DNA of 64,000 bases from Pseudomonadota bacterium (GCA_040756035.1 JBFLZV010000005.1:147-64146); one strand, 5' to 3'. Shown: positions 35,774 through 45,771, counted from the stretch's first letter. Program-made: numbers and translations. Notes: generated from the letters alone by a model not told the origin.

Positions 35774-37048
35774 ATGGGTGAAATCCGTCCGGCTGGGCAA
35801 ATAATAAAAGCATGTCTGTTCGGTGCGCTGTGCGTGGCGTCCTGGTCGAGCCAGGCTGCGCCGGAAAGCGCCGCGCAGGCTGACGTCATACAGCCCCACA
35901 TCTCCGCCAGCACCCTGCACGATAGCAATATATTCCGCCTTTCCAAGAGCAGTAATCCGCAGACCACGCTCGGCACCAGCGAAAAATCCGACACCGTCAA
36001 TCGTTTGGAGGCGGGCCTCGACGTCAACCTGCCGATCAGCCGGCAACGATTGCTGCTGGGCGCCAGCATAGGCCGTAATTGGTACGACCGCTTTAGTTTC
36101 CTGAATAACACCGACAAGAGGGCGAACGGCACGCTGCTGTGGGAAATCGGTAACCAGTGGAGCGGCGATCTCGGCACTACCTACGAAGAAACCATCGCCA
36201 GCTTCGGCGATTTGCAAACCCGGGTGCGCGATGAGATTACGCGCAAGAGAAATTTCGTCAACGCCGCCTATCTGTTCCATCCCAGTTGGCAACTGCACGG
36301 CGGCGTGGAAACCTACGACCTGGACCGCTCGCGCCTGCCCGACCGTAATCGCGAGGAAACGCTCAGCAAACTGGGCCTGCGCTACATCAGCCGCGCCGAC
36401 AACTATATCGACCTGGAAGCGCGCTACACCGACGCCGATTTCCCCAACCGCACCACGTCCGGGTCCTTATCCGGAACGGTGGGCCCCGGCGAGGAATTTT
36501 TACTGACAGTCACACCGATCGACAACGCTTTTGACCAGACCGAACTGCGCGGCGAAGTCGATTGGCGTTACAGCAAGTCGCACGTCAACGCGCGCCTGGG
36601 CTACTTGAAGCGCGATCACGAACAATTCCCGGCCCGCGATTTCAGCGGCGGCGTGGCGCGCCTGACCTACGACTGGAACATAACGGGCAAAACGCTGCTG
36701 AATTTCGCCGCATGGCGCGAAGTGCGCTCCACCGAAGACCTGCTTTCCAGTTATGTCGTGAGCAAGGGTTTTAGTTTCACGCCGACTTGGGATGCCACGT
36801 CCAAAATCAGTTTGCGGCTGCGGCTGGCGCGCGAAGAAGTGGATTTCCGCGGCGATCCCGGCGTGGCGGCGGGCGTGTCCACGCTCCGCGAAGACACGGT
36901 GCGCACCGCCACCTTGTCGCTCAACTACGCGCCGTTTGATAACACGCAATTTATTTTGGGCTATGAGAGGCAAAAGCGCGAATCGACGCGTAATCTCGCC
37001 GACTACACCTACGACAACGTAAACGCATCGGTGAGAGTGGATTTTTAA
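35774..37048 (+). CDS. PEP-CTERM-system-associated outer-membrane beta-barrel protein (TIGR03016-like)
   Basis: 424 aa. Signal peptide, alternating amphipathic beta-strand pattern, C-terminal aromatic residue (…VRVDF). First gene of the EPS locus. Confidence 0.55.
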   Translation: MGEIRPAGQIIKACLFGALCVASWSSQAAPESAAQADVIQPHISASTLHDSNIFRLSKSSNPQTTLGTSEKSDTVNRLEAGLDVNLPISRQRLLLGASIGRNWYDRFSFLNNTDKRANGTLLWEIGNQWSGDLGTTYEETIASFGDLQTRVRDEITRKRNFVNAAYLFHPSWQLHGGVETYDLDRSRLPDRNREETLSKLGLRYISRADNYIDLEARYTDADFPNRTTSGSLSGTVGPGEEFLLTVTPIDNAFDQTELRGEVDWRYSKSHVNARLGYLKRDHEQFPARDFSGGVARLTYDWNITGKTLLNFAAWREVRSTEDLLSSYVVSKGFSFTPTWDATSKISLRLRLAREEVDFRGDPGVAAGVSTLREDTVRTATLSLNYAPFDNTQFILGYERQKRESTRNLADYTYDNVNASVRVDF

Positions 37049-37216
37049 ATCACTACTCTTGACTTACCTTGATGGGGGAGCTAAGTTAGCAAGCACGAAC
37101 TGATAAATTACATTATGAAAAATATGTATCGTTAGCTTAACACTTCGCCGCAACACTCGGCGGGCTCAGCGCGTATAGCCGGTCCGCTTACCGATGAACG
37201 AATTTTCATATGGATA

Positions 37217-38887
37217 ATGAAAATGCTCACACAACATGGAACGTTGCACACCGATGTTTTTCCTCTCCCCTTACAAGCTGACGCGCCGGCGCTCATCGCC
37301 CCTTACGGCGGCGAACTGGTTAATTTGCTGGCCGATGAATCACAGGTCCAGCGCTTAAAACGGGAGGCCATCGCTCTCCCCTCCCTCGAACTCAATCCCT
37401 GGCAGCTCGCCGATCTGGAATTGCTGCTCAACGGCGGATTTTCGCCGCTGCGCGGTTTCATGAATCAAGCCGACTACGAGAGCGTGCTAAGTCGTATGCG
37501 CACCGGCGACGGCTTGTTTTGGCCCGTGCCGCTGGTGCTGGACGTCACCGCGGAAGCGGCTCGGCAACTCGCGCCGGAAAGCCGAGCCGCGTTACGCGAC
37601 GCGGAGGGCGTGTTGCTGGCGATACTCAATGTCAGCGACGTGTGGCAAGCGGATAAAGAGCGCGAGGCGCGCTTATTCCACGGCGCATCCGCTGCCGCTC
37701 GTCCCGGCGCGGTGCGGCCTAGGCGCGACTATTACGTGGGCGGCGCGGTGCAGGGTCTTGCGTTACCGGTGCGCTATGATTACCGCGCGCTGCGCCGGAC
37801 GCCCGCGCAATTACGCAAAGCGTTCACGGCGCGCGGCTGGACGCGCATCGCCGCTTTCCAGGCGGACGATCCGCTTCACGATGCGGCCCTCAGGGAAGCG
37901 CTGCGCGCGGCGCACCAGTGTGAGGCGAAATTACTGATCCATCCGCTCACCGGAACCCCAACCAGCGAGGACATCCATCACTTTCATCGCGTGCGCTGCT
38001 ATCAGAACATGGTGGCGCAACTTCCCAAATCAGAGGCCGCGCTGGCGCTGTTGCCGCTGGCGTCTCACCATGGCGCCGACGCGCGTACCACACTGTGGCA
38101 CGCCATTATTCACCGCAACCACGGATGCTCGCATTTTATCGCCGACACCGGCACGCTTGCACCGCGCATGGACGGCGTGCGCGCGGATGCCGAAGCGGCG
38201 CAAACGCCGGCGGCGCGTTGCCGGGAGCTTACCGGCGTCGAGTTGCTTCCCCTCGAAGCCATGGGGCGTGACGCAACTAATGCGGCGATCAACGTGTACA
38301 CCAGCCCATCGCTCGGCGATTGGCAGCCGCACAAACTTTATGTCCCGCGCGCCACGCGCGGCTTCACGGTGTTTTTCACGGGGCTGTCCGGCGCGGGAAA
38401 ATCCACATTGGCCAAGGCGCTCGCGGCGCACCTCATGGAATCGAGCGAACGCCAAGTGTCGTTGCTGGACGGCGACATTGTACGCAAACACCTCTCTAAC
38501 GAGCTGGGTTTCTCCAAAGAGCATCGAGACATCAACGTGCTGCGCATCGGTTACGTCAGCAGCGAAATCACCAAGCATCGCGGCATAGCCATTTGCGCGC
38601 CGATCGCTCCCTACCGGGCCACACGGCGCGCGGTGCGCGCCATGATCGAGCCGTACGGCGGATTTTTCGAAATCTACGTCGCCACCCCGCTCACGGTGTG
38701 CGAGCGGCGCGACGGCAAAGGGCTGTACGCCAAGGCGCGCGCCGGAATCATCAAGGAATTTACCGGTATCAGCGACCCGTATGAGACGCCCGAGTCTCCC
38801 GATTTGACGGTCGACACCTCGAATCAGTCGCCGGAACAAACGGTGCAGCGTATTCTGGATAAATTATGCGAGGAGGGTTTTATCTAA
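37217..38887 (+). CDS. cysC: adenylylsulfate (APS) kinase CysC with N-terminal motif-degenerate ATP-sulfurylase-like domain
   Basis: 556 aa. C-terminal APS-kinase P-loop GLSGAGKST, LLDGDIVR, and C-terminal FTGISDPYE. The N-terminal ~380 aa has the Sat fold, but canonical motifs are replaced: QTRN->QADD, HxxH->HDAA, GRDHAG->HRNHGC. Confidence 0.8.
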   Translation: MKMLTQHGTLHTDVFPLPLQADAPALIAPYGGELVNLLADESQVQRLKREAIALPSLELNPWQLADLELLLNGGFSPLRGFMNQADYESVLSRMRTGDGLFWPVPLVLDVTAEAARQLAPESRAALRDAEGVLLAILNVSDVWQADKEREARLFHGASAAARPGAVRPRRDYYVGGAVQGLALPVRYDYRALRRTPAQLRKAFTARGWTRIAAFQADDPLHDAALREALRAAHQCEAKLLIHPLTGTPTSEDIHHFHRVRCYQNMVAQLPKSEAALALLPLASHHGADARTTLWHAIIHRNHGCSHFIADTGTLAPRMDGVRADAEAAQTPAARCRELTGVELLPLEAMGRDATNAAINVYTSPSLGDWQPHKLYVPRATRGFTVFFTGLSGAGKSTLAKALAAHLMESSERQVSLLDGDIVRKHLSNELGFSKEHRDINVLRIGYVSSEITKHRGIAICAPIAPYRATRRAVRAMIEPYGGFFEIYVATPLTVCERRDGKGLYAKARAGIIKEFTGISDPYETPESPDLTVDTSNQSPEQTVQRILDKLCEEGFI

Positions 38888-38959
38888 GGTCACAGACGTA
38901 CAAAACGCGTGAGCAGGAAGCTCATGCCTTATAGCCGTCGCTAAGGATCGGCGATAAAA

Positions 38960-40348
38960 ATGATTAGTGATGAACTACCGCATATCTCTCTCTGGGAGCG
39001 CTTGATAAATCCCGTGGTGGTGGTAAGCACTTTGCCGGCGGCAACGTTGTTCTACGGAAAGACGTTCGACGGTTACTATTTGGTGCTGGCCATCATCGTC
39101 TTTTTCATTTCATCACAGCTCTTCGAAAAAGTCACGCTGTTACGCTCACTGCGCAAGGTGCATCTTTTGACCCATGCGCAGGATATCCTCTTTGCATGGT
39201 CGACCGTCGTCGTCATCATTTTCATCCTGGGCTACGCAACCAAGCTCAATACCCAATACTCACAAGACGTTATTTTGCTGTGGCTGATCGCCTCTCCCAT
39301 AGCGTTGCTCGCGGCGCACGTCATTACCCGCGCTTGCCTCGCCAGACTTACGCGGCTGACCGATAAAAAGCGTAGCGTGGTCATCGCCGGCGCCAACGAA
39401 CTGGCCAGACAACTGGTAAAGACCATCAAAAACGAGCCTTATCTGGGCATGGAGATAAAGGGGCTGTTCGATGACCGCAGCCGCGAGCGCCTGAACGGCT
39501 GCAACGGCGAGATTGCGCTGTGCGGGCGCATCAAGGATTTGCCGGAATTCGTCGCCAAAAAGAAAATCAACATCATCTACATTACGCTGCCCATGTCGTC
39601 ACGCCCGCAGATCATGAAGCTGTTACAGGATTTGTATGACAGCACGGCGTCCATCTACTTCGTGCTCGATATTTTCGTCTTTGACCTCATTCAGCCGCGC
39701 ATCGACACCATTAAAGGCATACCGGTGGTGGCCATTTGCGAGAGCCCGTTTTGCGGCGTGAACGGCGTTATAAAGAACGCCAGCGACATACTCATCGCAG
39801 CCGTTATTTTACTGCTGATTTCACCATTGATGCTGTTAATCGCGTTGGGAGTGAAGCTAAGTTCGCCCGGGCCGGTGCTGTTCAAGCAGCGCCGTTACGG
39901 ACTGAACGGTGAAGAGATCAAGGTATATAAGTTCCGTACCATGACGGTGTGCGAAGACGGTGACTGCGTCGCGCAGGCAACCAAGAACGACCAGCGCGTG
40001 ACCCGCTTCGGCGCCTTCCTGCGCAAAACGTCGCTCGACGAACTGCCGCAGTTCATCAACGTGCTGCGCGGCGAAATGAGCATCGTCGGCCCGCGCCCGC
40101 ACGCGGTGGCGCACAACGAGCTGTACAGAAAATACATCCGAGGGTACATGCTGCGCCACAAGGTCAAGCCCGGCATCACCGGTTGGGCGCAGGTGCACGG
40201 TTTGCGCGGCGAAACAGAAACCATGGACAAGATGCGCGCACGCATCGATTACGACCTCGATTATTTAAGAAATTGGTCGTTGTCTCTGGACGTGTGGATA
40301 ATCATCAGAACCATCATGGTCATGTTCAAGCAACCCAATGCATATTGA
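38960..40348 (+). CDS. undecaprenyl-phosphate sugar phosphotransferase (EPS priming glycosyltransferase, WbaP/WcaJ/EpsB-2 family)
   Basis: 462 aa. N-terminal TM helices, central Rossmann-like domain, C-terminal bacterial sugar-transferase domain ([26 protein letters not shown]...SIVGPRP). Confidence 0.85.
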   Translation: MISDELPHISLWERLINPVVVVSTLPAATLFYGKTFDGYYLVLAIIVFFISSQLFEKVTLLRSLRKVHLLTHAQDILFAWSTVVVIIFILGYATKLNTQYSQDVILLWLIASPIALLAAHVITRACLARLTRLTDKKRSVVIAGANELARQLVKTIKNEPYLGMEIKGLFDDRSRERLNGCNGEIALCGRIKDLPEFVAKKKINIIYITLPMSSRPQIMKLLQDLYDSTASIYFVLDIFVFDLIQPRIDTIKGIPVVAICESPFCGVNGVIKNASDILIAAVILLLISPLMLLIALGVKLSSPGPVLFKQRRYGLNGEEIKVYKFRTMTVCEDGDCVAQATKNDQRVTRFGAFLRKTSLDELPQFINVLRGEMSIVGPRPHAVAHNELYRKYIRGYMLRHKVKPGITGWAQVHGLRGETETMDKMRARIDYDLDYLRNWSLSLDVWIIIRTIMVMFKQPNAY

Positions 40349-40409
40349 TGGTAAAGAGGGTTGTGCGAGCATTCTAGAGGGAGAGGTGCATATCAAGGGA
40401 GTATGCAAA

Positions 40410-41048
40410 ATGACAATAGTGAAGACTATGAAAGAAAGAGTGATGCAGGCATCGCGGGGTAAAAAGCTGGAGCACTTTTGCTCGCTTTACAAAGGCGGGA
40501 CCATACTCGACGTGGGTGTTTCATCTCACGCTCGTATCCAGCGGGAAAACCTATTTCTGGAGAAACTCAGGTACAGCCCGGAACTCTACACGGGACTGGG
40601 CGTGGAGGATTTGACCGAAATAGCCGCCGCGCATCCCGGCAAGCACTTTATTCGCTATGGCGGAGGCAGATTCCCGTTTAAGGATAAAGAGTTTGATTGG
40701 GCTCCCTCCAACGCCGTAATCGAGCAAGTCGGCGATGATAGTGCGCAGCTTTTGTTCATTAACGATATGCTGCGCGTGGCAAAGCAAGTATTCTTTGCAA
40801 CGCCTAATAAATTTTTCCACGTGGAAAGCCATACTAACGTTGTTCTGTTGCATCGGCTGCCTGGGCGAGTGTTTTATCAATGGCGCGATCGCCGTAAGAA
40901 GTATTGGGATGAAAACAATATTCGTTTGTTGGGCTATGGAAAGTTATGTAGCCTTATGAAGAATTCCAATGCAGAAACATACCGGATATATAAAAACCAT
41001 ATGTTCGGATGGCCCATGATGTTCACGGTTACTTGCACGGCCGCCTGA
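40410..41048 (+). CDS. putative SAM-dependent methyltransferase (lower-GC block)
   Basis: Start set at MTIVKT (AAGGGA RBS). GTILDVGVSSH resembles SAM-binding motif I. Local GC is markedly lower than the flanks. Confidence 0.45.
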   Translation: MTIVKTMKERVMQASRGKKLEHFCSLYKGGTILDVGVSSHARIQRENLFLEKLRYSPELYTGLGVEDLTEIAAAHPGKHFIRYGGGRFPFKDKEFDWAPSNAVIEQVGDDSAQLLFINDMLRVAKQVFFATPNKFFHVESHTNVVLLHRLPGRVFYQWRDRRKKYWDENNIRLLGYGKLCSLMKNSNAETYRIYKNHMFGWPMMFTVTCTAA

Positions 41049-41127
41049 TGAGCCATTTTAACGTGATCTAGTCAAGGGCATATTCCCTTGGGTTTGGTGG
41101 AAGACAAGGTTATACGGAGCGGTATTT

Positions 41128-41967
41128 ATGCCTACCATGCATGACGTATTGACGGAAGAAGAAATGTCCGAATTTAGGATAAATCCGGAAATTTCGAGAT
41201 ATTTGGAACTGGTTAGAGAGAAGTCGGGACTGGAAAAGGATCAATTCCGCATTTTGGATTGGGGATGCGGCCGGGGCCGGGCGGTGGGTTTGCTTAGAAA
41301 TCTCGGCTACGACGCTTACGGTGTGGATATTAGCCAGGAATTTTTGAGCAAGGGTAAGCAATATTTTATAAACAGGGAAGAAAATCCGGATGATTTTCTC
41401 TTTCTGATAAGCGAGGAGTGCAAGACGTGCTTCCACAATGATTTTTTTCACTTTATCTTCTCTTACCAAGTGCTCGAGCATGTGCAGGCTGTTGATCTTC
41501 TGTCCGAAGAAATAAGCAGGGTGTTGGCGCCGAACGGCGTATGTTTACACATCTATCCGGCTCACAAGCATATTATAGAAGGACATTTATTTATGCCTTT
41601 TGTCCACTGGCTGCCTAAAAGCGCTATACGGAAAGCAGCGATTTTAATGTTCGTGGCCCTCGGTATTGAGCCTCGCTGGCAGCGGTTGCAGGGTAAGGGC
41701 ATCCTCGAGAAAGCCAGGGCCTACTATGAGTTCAGCAAGAACGAGACGTTCTATCGCAGCTATGGCGTAAATAAGAATATCTTTGAGAAGAACGGCTTCA
41801 ACGTGGACTTCGTTACTATAGATAATCCACTGTTATATAAATACGGACCGCTTCGTAAATTAATGAAATTACCTTTCATTAAGAGACTGATTGGCTGGGG
41901 CTTGCTCAATTTTAAGTCGGTAGAGCTGTTGTTAACCAAGGGGAATCTACCGGTCGTCCGGCGTTGA
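41128..41967 (+). CDS. class I SAM-dependent methyltransferase
   Basis: 279 aa. Motif I ILDWGCGRGRAV, acidic motif II DAYGVDIS, motif III-like VLEHV. Lower GC. Confidence 0.65.
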   Translation: MPTMHDVLTEEEMSEFRINPEISRYLELVREKSGLEKDQFRILDWGCGRGRAVGLLRNLGYDAYGVDISQEFLSKGKQYFINREENPDDFLFLISEECKTCFHNDFFHFIFSYQVLEHVQAVDLLSEEISRVLAPNGVCLHIYPAHKHIIEGHLFMPFVHWLPKSAIRKAAILMFVALGIEPRWQRLQGKGILEKARAYYEFSKNETFYRSYGVNKNIFEKNGFNVDFVTIDNPLLYKYGPLRKLMKLPFIKRLIGWGLLNFKSVELLLTKGNLPVVRR

Positions 41968-42194
41968 GTTAGTGCCGCCGGCCTATTTTCTTTCTCTCAC
42001 AAGGCGACACATTTTGTCACATAGTGACGCATAGCCATCCCTCCGCACGTGCGCGGGTTGCGCATAATTTCCAACGCCGCGTCGAAAATAAACATAATTT
42101 TTGTTTTCAAAAACCGCTAATACCGCAGCAGGACTAGCTCTGCGCGCAAATTTCATTTCACCCGCCGGTTCTGGGTGGGTCTCGCATCCCTTTT

Positions 42195-42210
42195 TGGCAC
42201 GCATCATGCT
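42195..42210 (+). promoter_or_regulatory. sigma-54 (RpoN) -24/-12 promoter TGGCACG-N4-ATGCT
   Basis: TGGCACGCATCATGC. GG and GC are spaced exactly as in the consensus TGGCACG-N4-TTGCW. It lies 54 nt upstream of the secreted-protein start; predicted TSS ~42221. Confidence 0.5.
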
Positions 42211-42263
42211 CTTATCCTCCGCGAGAAGCAGGCAGCTTTTGTCTTGCATATTCGGAGGAGATT

Positions 42264-43274
42264 GTGATGAAGAATGTTATTTCCCGGCTCGCTTCTATGC
42301 TGTTGGGTCTTGTCTTAATAATGGGGGTGGCGGCGCCGGCGCAGGCCGCGTTCCCAAACAAGTATCATCCGGGTCACTACATGTTGACCTATTTCGGCGC
42401 CACAGAGCTTAACGCCTTTAAGCCTATTATTAATAATCCGAATTTTGTGGGTGTGCAGAAGCGCTACAAATGGCGCACCCTGGAGCCCACGCGCGGCAAA
42501 TACGATTTTTCCATGATTATCCGGGATCTTAATTATCTGCGCAGCTTACCTATGCCTAAGCGGCTAATTATCCAAGTTACCGTTACCGGAGATGAAAAGG
42601 GGCTGCCGCACGCCCCCGATTATTTGAGAACGCCTGAATTTGACGGCGGCGTATACACGTCAACGTTCCCAGTGCGCTACGTTAGGACCAAACAGTGGAA
42701 TACGGCCGTGCAGGATAGGCTCATAGCCCTGTTCCGCGCCTTAGGGGCGCGTTTTGACAAAGAGCCTTACTTCGAGGGCGTAGTGTTGGATGAAACCGCT
42801 ACGGGTATTCGTCTCCATCAGTGGACGGCGGCTAACTATACGGCCGAGAAGGCATATAATGGCCACAAACGCATCATGGCCGGCTTGAAGGCGGCCTTTC
42901 CGAATACTATGTGCATTCAATTCATTAATTTCTTTTCCGGTGCAAACGCTAAGGATGGATTGAATAAAATCGCCGGACTGATTCAATATGCGCATCAGAT
43001 CGGCATGGGCATCGGCGGCCCGGACATCCATGTGGGCGGCACCGAGCCGAGTTACCCTTACTTCACTACTTATAACGGCAGTATGCCGTTGACCGCCGCC
43101 GTACAGTGGGAAGACTACGACTGGGTCAGCCCCACGGGTAGCATCGCCACGGTGCCGAAAATTTTCGACTTCGCACGCAATAAATTGCACCTGAATTATA
43201 TCTTCTGGCTGCAAAGAGAGCCCTACTTCTCAACGCAAGTGGTGCCGCTGGTGCGGCGCATGGGCGCTCCTTAA
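42264..43274 (+). CDS. secreted hypothetical protein (possible polysaccharide-active TIM-barrel enzyme)
   Basis: 336 aa. Signal peptide ending AAPAQAAF. No diagnostic motif recognised. GGAGG RBS. Driven by the sigma-54 promoter above. Confidence 0.5.
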   Translation: MMKNVISRLASMLLGLVLIMGVAAPAQAAFPNKYHPGHYMLTYFGATELNAFKPIINNPNFVGVQKRYKWRTLEPTRGKYDFSMIIRDLNYLRSLPMPKRLIIQVTVTGDEKGLPHAPDYLRTPEFDGGVYTSTFPVRYVRTKQWNTAVQDRLIALFRALGARFDKEPYFEGVVLDETATGIRLHQWTAANYTAEKAYNGHKRIMAGLKAAFPNTMCIQFINFFSGANAKDGLNKIAGLIQYAHQIGMGIGGPDIHVGGTEPSYPYFTTYNGSMPLTAAVQWEDYDWVSPTGSIATVPKIFDFARNKLHLNYIFWLQREPYFSTQVVPLVRRMGAP

Positions 43275-43304
43275 GCGTAGGAGCCAAGGTTGGCAAGGGG
43301 GGGG

Positions 43305-43345
43305 GGGGCTTTGTCCCCCCCTTTGTTTTTTTCGGCTATGTTTCC
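43305..43345. terminator. bidirectional terminator with G12/C8 homopolymer stem and T-run
   Basis: GGGGGGGGGGGGCTTTGTCCCCCCCCTTTGTTTTTTTCGG between convergent genes (42264-43274 + and 43336-45609 -). Confidence 0.5.
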
Positions 43346-45609
43346 GGTATGGCGGCCAATTCGAAGTAGGTCGTCGGTCCATGGCTGAGTTGGGTGGTAT
43401 CCAGAGTGAAACGGACGGCGCCCGGCGATTTCTCGATGGGAATGGCGTCCATGCGGTTACCGTTTAACGTCGTTGAAAACAGGCGCATGTCGTCCGCGGC
43501 CTCATGTTCTAAAGTGATTTTTACCCGTGCTGCGCGCATGAGCACCGGCAGTGTGCCCAACTCGTATAATTCTGTTCTGTCATCCGAAAATCGCATCTTG
43601 GAATTTAGCGCATCGGTAGCAAGAATAACAAGGATGCGTTTGCTGTCGGACAAAGGATGTCCATCGACCGACGATACCGCAACCAAGGCCGGCGTGCTGG
43701 CCGATTCAATTTTAAGCTGATTCAGCTTAAGCGGCAGCCCACCATCGAAAACCACTGCTTCCGTATTGGGCGTGATGACGCGCATGCGCCGTTCATGGGT
43801 TTCCAATAGGATTTCTCCGGTATCGCTGTGGTAAATACCTTTTTCCGGATCGGTAAGGTTATTTGTGGAGATAATTTTAGATTTTTTTAACAATGCTGTT
43901 TTCTCCATCAAAGGCGATGTGTTTTTTTTACCCAGCTTAACGGCCGCTTTATCGACGGCGGTTTTTATGGCGCCGGCAGGCGATGACGGGAGGGCCAGTG
44001 TTAAATCGGACCCCGAGGCCGGCGATTTTTTAACTTCTTCACTTCCCGTCCAACGTAAGCCGATGCCGGTGATGAATGCCAGCGTGCTAATATCTTCGGG
44101 TATGGGCCGCCAGCGCCCGCGCCCTTCGTTGAATACCGATTGCGGCGTCATTTCGATGTTTATTTTGGATTGTGCGGGCTGGACATCGGTGCGCCGGAAT
44201 AGTAACGTGGCTAGCGTTTCGCCGGCGCGCGCCACCGGGTCCATGCCCACGCCGAAGGGGTAAATGGCGGTATATCTTTTCGGTGCGTGCTTGTCATAGG
44301 TCAGCACGACTGGTGTTGCATAGCGGGCGATGCCGTCCCAGTCTTGCAGCGCCGCATAAGCGGGGATGGTGATGCCGGCCTCGCGCCGCCAGGGGTTCCA
44401 GAAGGGGTGGTCGTATTCATCGACGAGAAAGGGTTTTCCGATGTAGCGCGAGGAGGCGAAGTTGCGCGCGTAGGGTATCTCGTCGGAAATCGAGCTGGTC
44501 GCCGCCTGTTTGGTGCCGGGGCGTACGAAGTTGGACGGATGGTCGTAATAGCCGTGCTGCGTGACGAGTTCGAGCTCGTGCTCCACTACCCGTGAATATA
44601 CGCTTCTACCGTTGTTGTAGTTGGTGATCAAGCCACGGTAGCCTTCTTTACGCAGAAAGTCGGTTGCCCAGCGCAGGGTGCGGACTTCGAGGTCCGCGAA
44701 GAATCTTAATAGATCGGTGTGGCGCGGCGACGATTCCTTCAATTCGGGTAGGGTTACCTGCTCTATGCCGGTAATGCTCTCGTCTCCCCAGGCGCGGCGG
44801 ATGCTCGAGGCATTCCCGTATTTATTCAACAGCCATCGCCTGAAGGGGTCGAGAAGATCATCCTGATAACCGCTCTTGGTTAAATATTCCAGCCCGCTTT
44901 CGTTCACCAAGGTGAGTATCGCCAAGGCGGGATCCTGCAACGTTGCTAGTTTGGTATAGGGATTCTTTTTGCCCAGAATGGTCGTAACCATTCTTTTCCA
45001 ATGTTTCTGGGCGGACTCGTGTAAGTGAACGTCCAGTCGGAGATTGCGCTTGCTGGCGGGATTGCTCGGCGCATAGACGCCTCCCCAGTTGGTGGCGGCG
45101 TCGATCATCCAGTAAATGCCTTGGCGCTTCAATGCCGCGAGTAAGTAGTGGAAGCGATTCAACGCTTCCGGCCCGTAATCGAAATCTTTTTTACGACCTT
45201 CCATTAATACAGTGTCTATAAAATGGAATCTAACCAAATTATACCCGCGCATACGTAATTGTTCGGCCAGATCATCGGCGGCGGCGTGATCAGGAAACGG
45301 ACCAAAGGGGCCTCCGAACAGCATCGGTGCGCACAAAAAACGCACGCGCGGTCCCGAACCATTATCGAGGGCGAGATGGCCACGGTCGTTGACGCCGATA
45401 AAGCTCATGCCGGACTTTGGCGAAGGGCCGAATAAACCGGAAAAATCCAAAATGCTTCCCTGTTCAATTTGTAAATTAGTATCCTTGACGGCGAGCCACT
45501 CATCCTTATTCACCTGATCATCGGCAAATGTGACCGGGGTCTGGAATAGTAGCGCAGAAATTGCAAAGGCATAGGCAATTAGGTGCTGTTTCATATTTGT
45601 TCGATCCAT
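43336..45609 (-). CDS. secreted glycoside-hydrolase-like protein (GH5/GH42-type TIM barrel, NE and E catalytic candidates)
   Basis: 757 aa. Signal peptide (MKQHLIAYAFAISALLFQTPVTFA). LVNESG (acid/base NE) and VDEYDHPFW (nucleophile E) motifs. Sits in the EPS locus. Confidence 0.5.
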   Translation of the reverse strand: MDRTNMKQHLIAYAFAISALLFQTPVTFADDQVNKDEWLAVKDTNLQIEQGSILDFSGLFGPSPKSGMSFIGVNDRGHLALDNGSGPRVRFLCAPMLFGGPFGPFPDHAAADDLAEQLRMRGYNLVRFHFIDTVLMEGRKKDFDYGPEALNRFHYLLAALKRQGIYWMIDAATNWGGVYAPSNPASKRNLRLDVHLHESAQKHWKRMVTTILGKKNPYTKLATLQDPALAILTLVNESGLEYLTKSGYQDDLLDPFRRWLLNKYGNASSIRRAWGDESITGIEQVTLPELKESSPRHTDLLRFFADLEVRTLRWATDFLRKEGYRGLITNYNNGRSVYSRVVEHELELVTQHGYYDHPSNFVRPGTKQAATSSISDEIPYARNFASSRYIGKPFLVDEYDHPFWNPWRREAGITIPAYAALQDWDGIARYATPVVLTYDKHAPKRYTAIYPFGVGMDPVARAGETLATLLFRRTDVQPAQSKINIEMTPQSVFNEGRGRWRPIPEDISTLAFITGIGLRWTGSEEVKKSPASGSDLTLALPSSPAGAIKTAVDKAAVKLGKKNTSPLMEKTALLKKSKIISTNNLTDPEKGIYHSDTGEILLETHERRMRVITPNTEAVVFDGGLPLKLNQLKIESASTPALVAVSSVDGHPLSDSKRILVILATDALNSKMRFSDDRTELYELGTLPVLMRAARVKITLEHEAADDMRLFSTTLNGNRMDAIPIEKSPGAVRFTLDTTQLSHGPTTYFELAAIPET

Positions 45610-45618
45610 TTTGGTTAG

Positions 45619-45764
45619 TTATTAACTCGGCGACAAAATATATCCCTATATTTTGTCGCCCTCGACCAGGCGGTACCTGCCCGGCCTGGTCTCGCGCGGC
45701 TTAAGGCCGCGTCAAGGCATCCGTGCCTTGCTCAACCCGGCAATAAATCCCGCCTGGTTAATAT
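45619..45764 (+). repeat. MITE-like structured repeat, family 2, copy 3
   Basis: TTATTAACTCGGCGACAAAATATATCCCTATATTTTGTCGCC, CCAGGCGGTACCTGCCCGGCCTGG, GCGGCTTAAGGCCGC, terminal CGCCTGGTTAATA. Sits between the GH gene start and the wzx stop. Confidence 0.6.
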
Positions 45765-45771
45765 TCCACGG

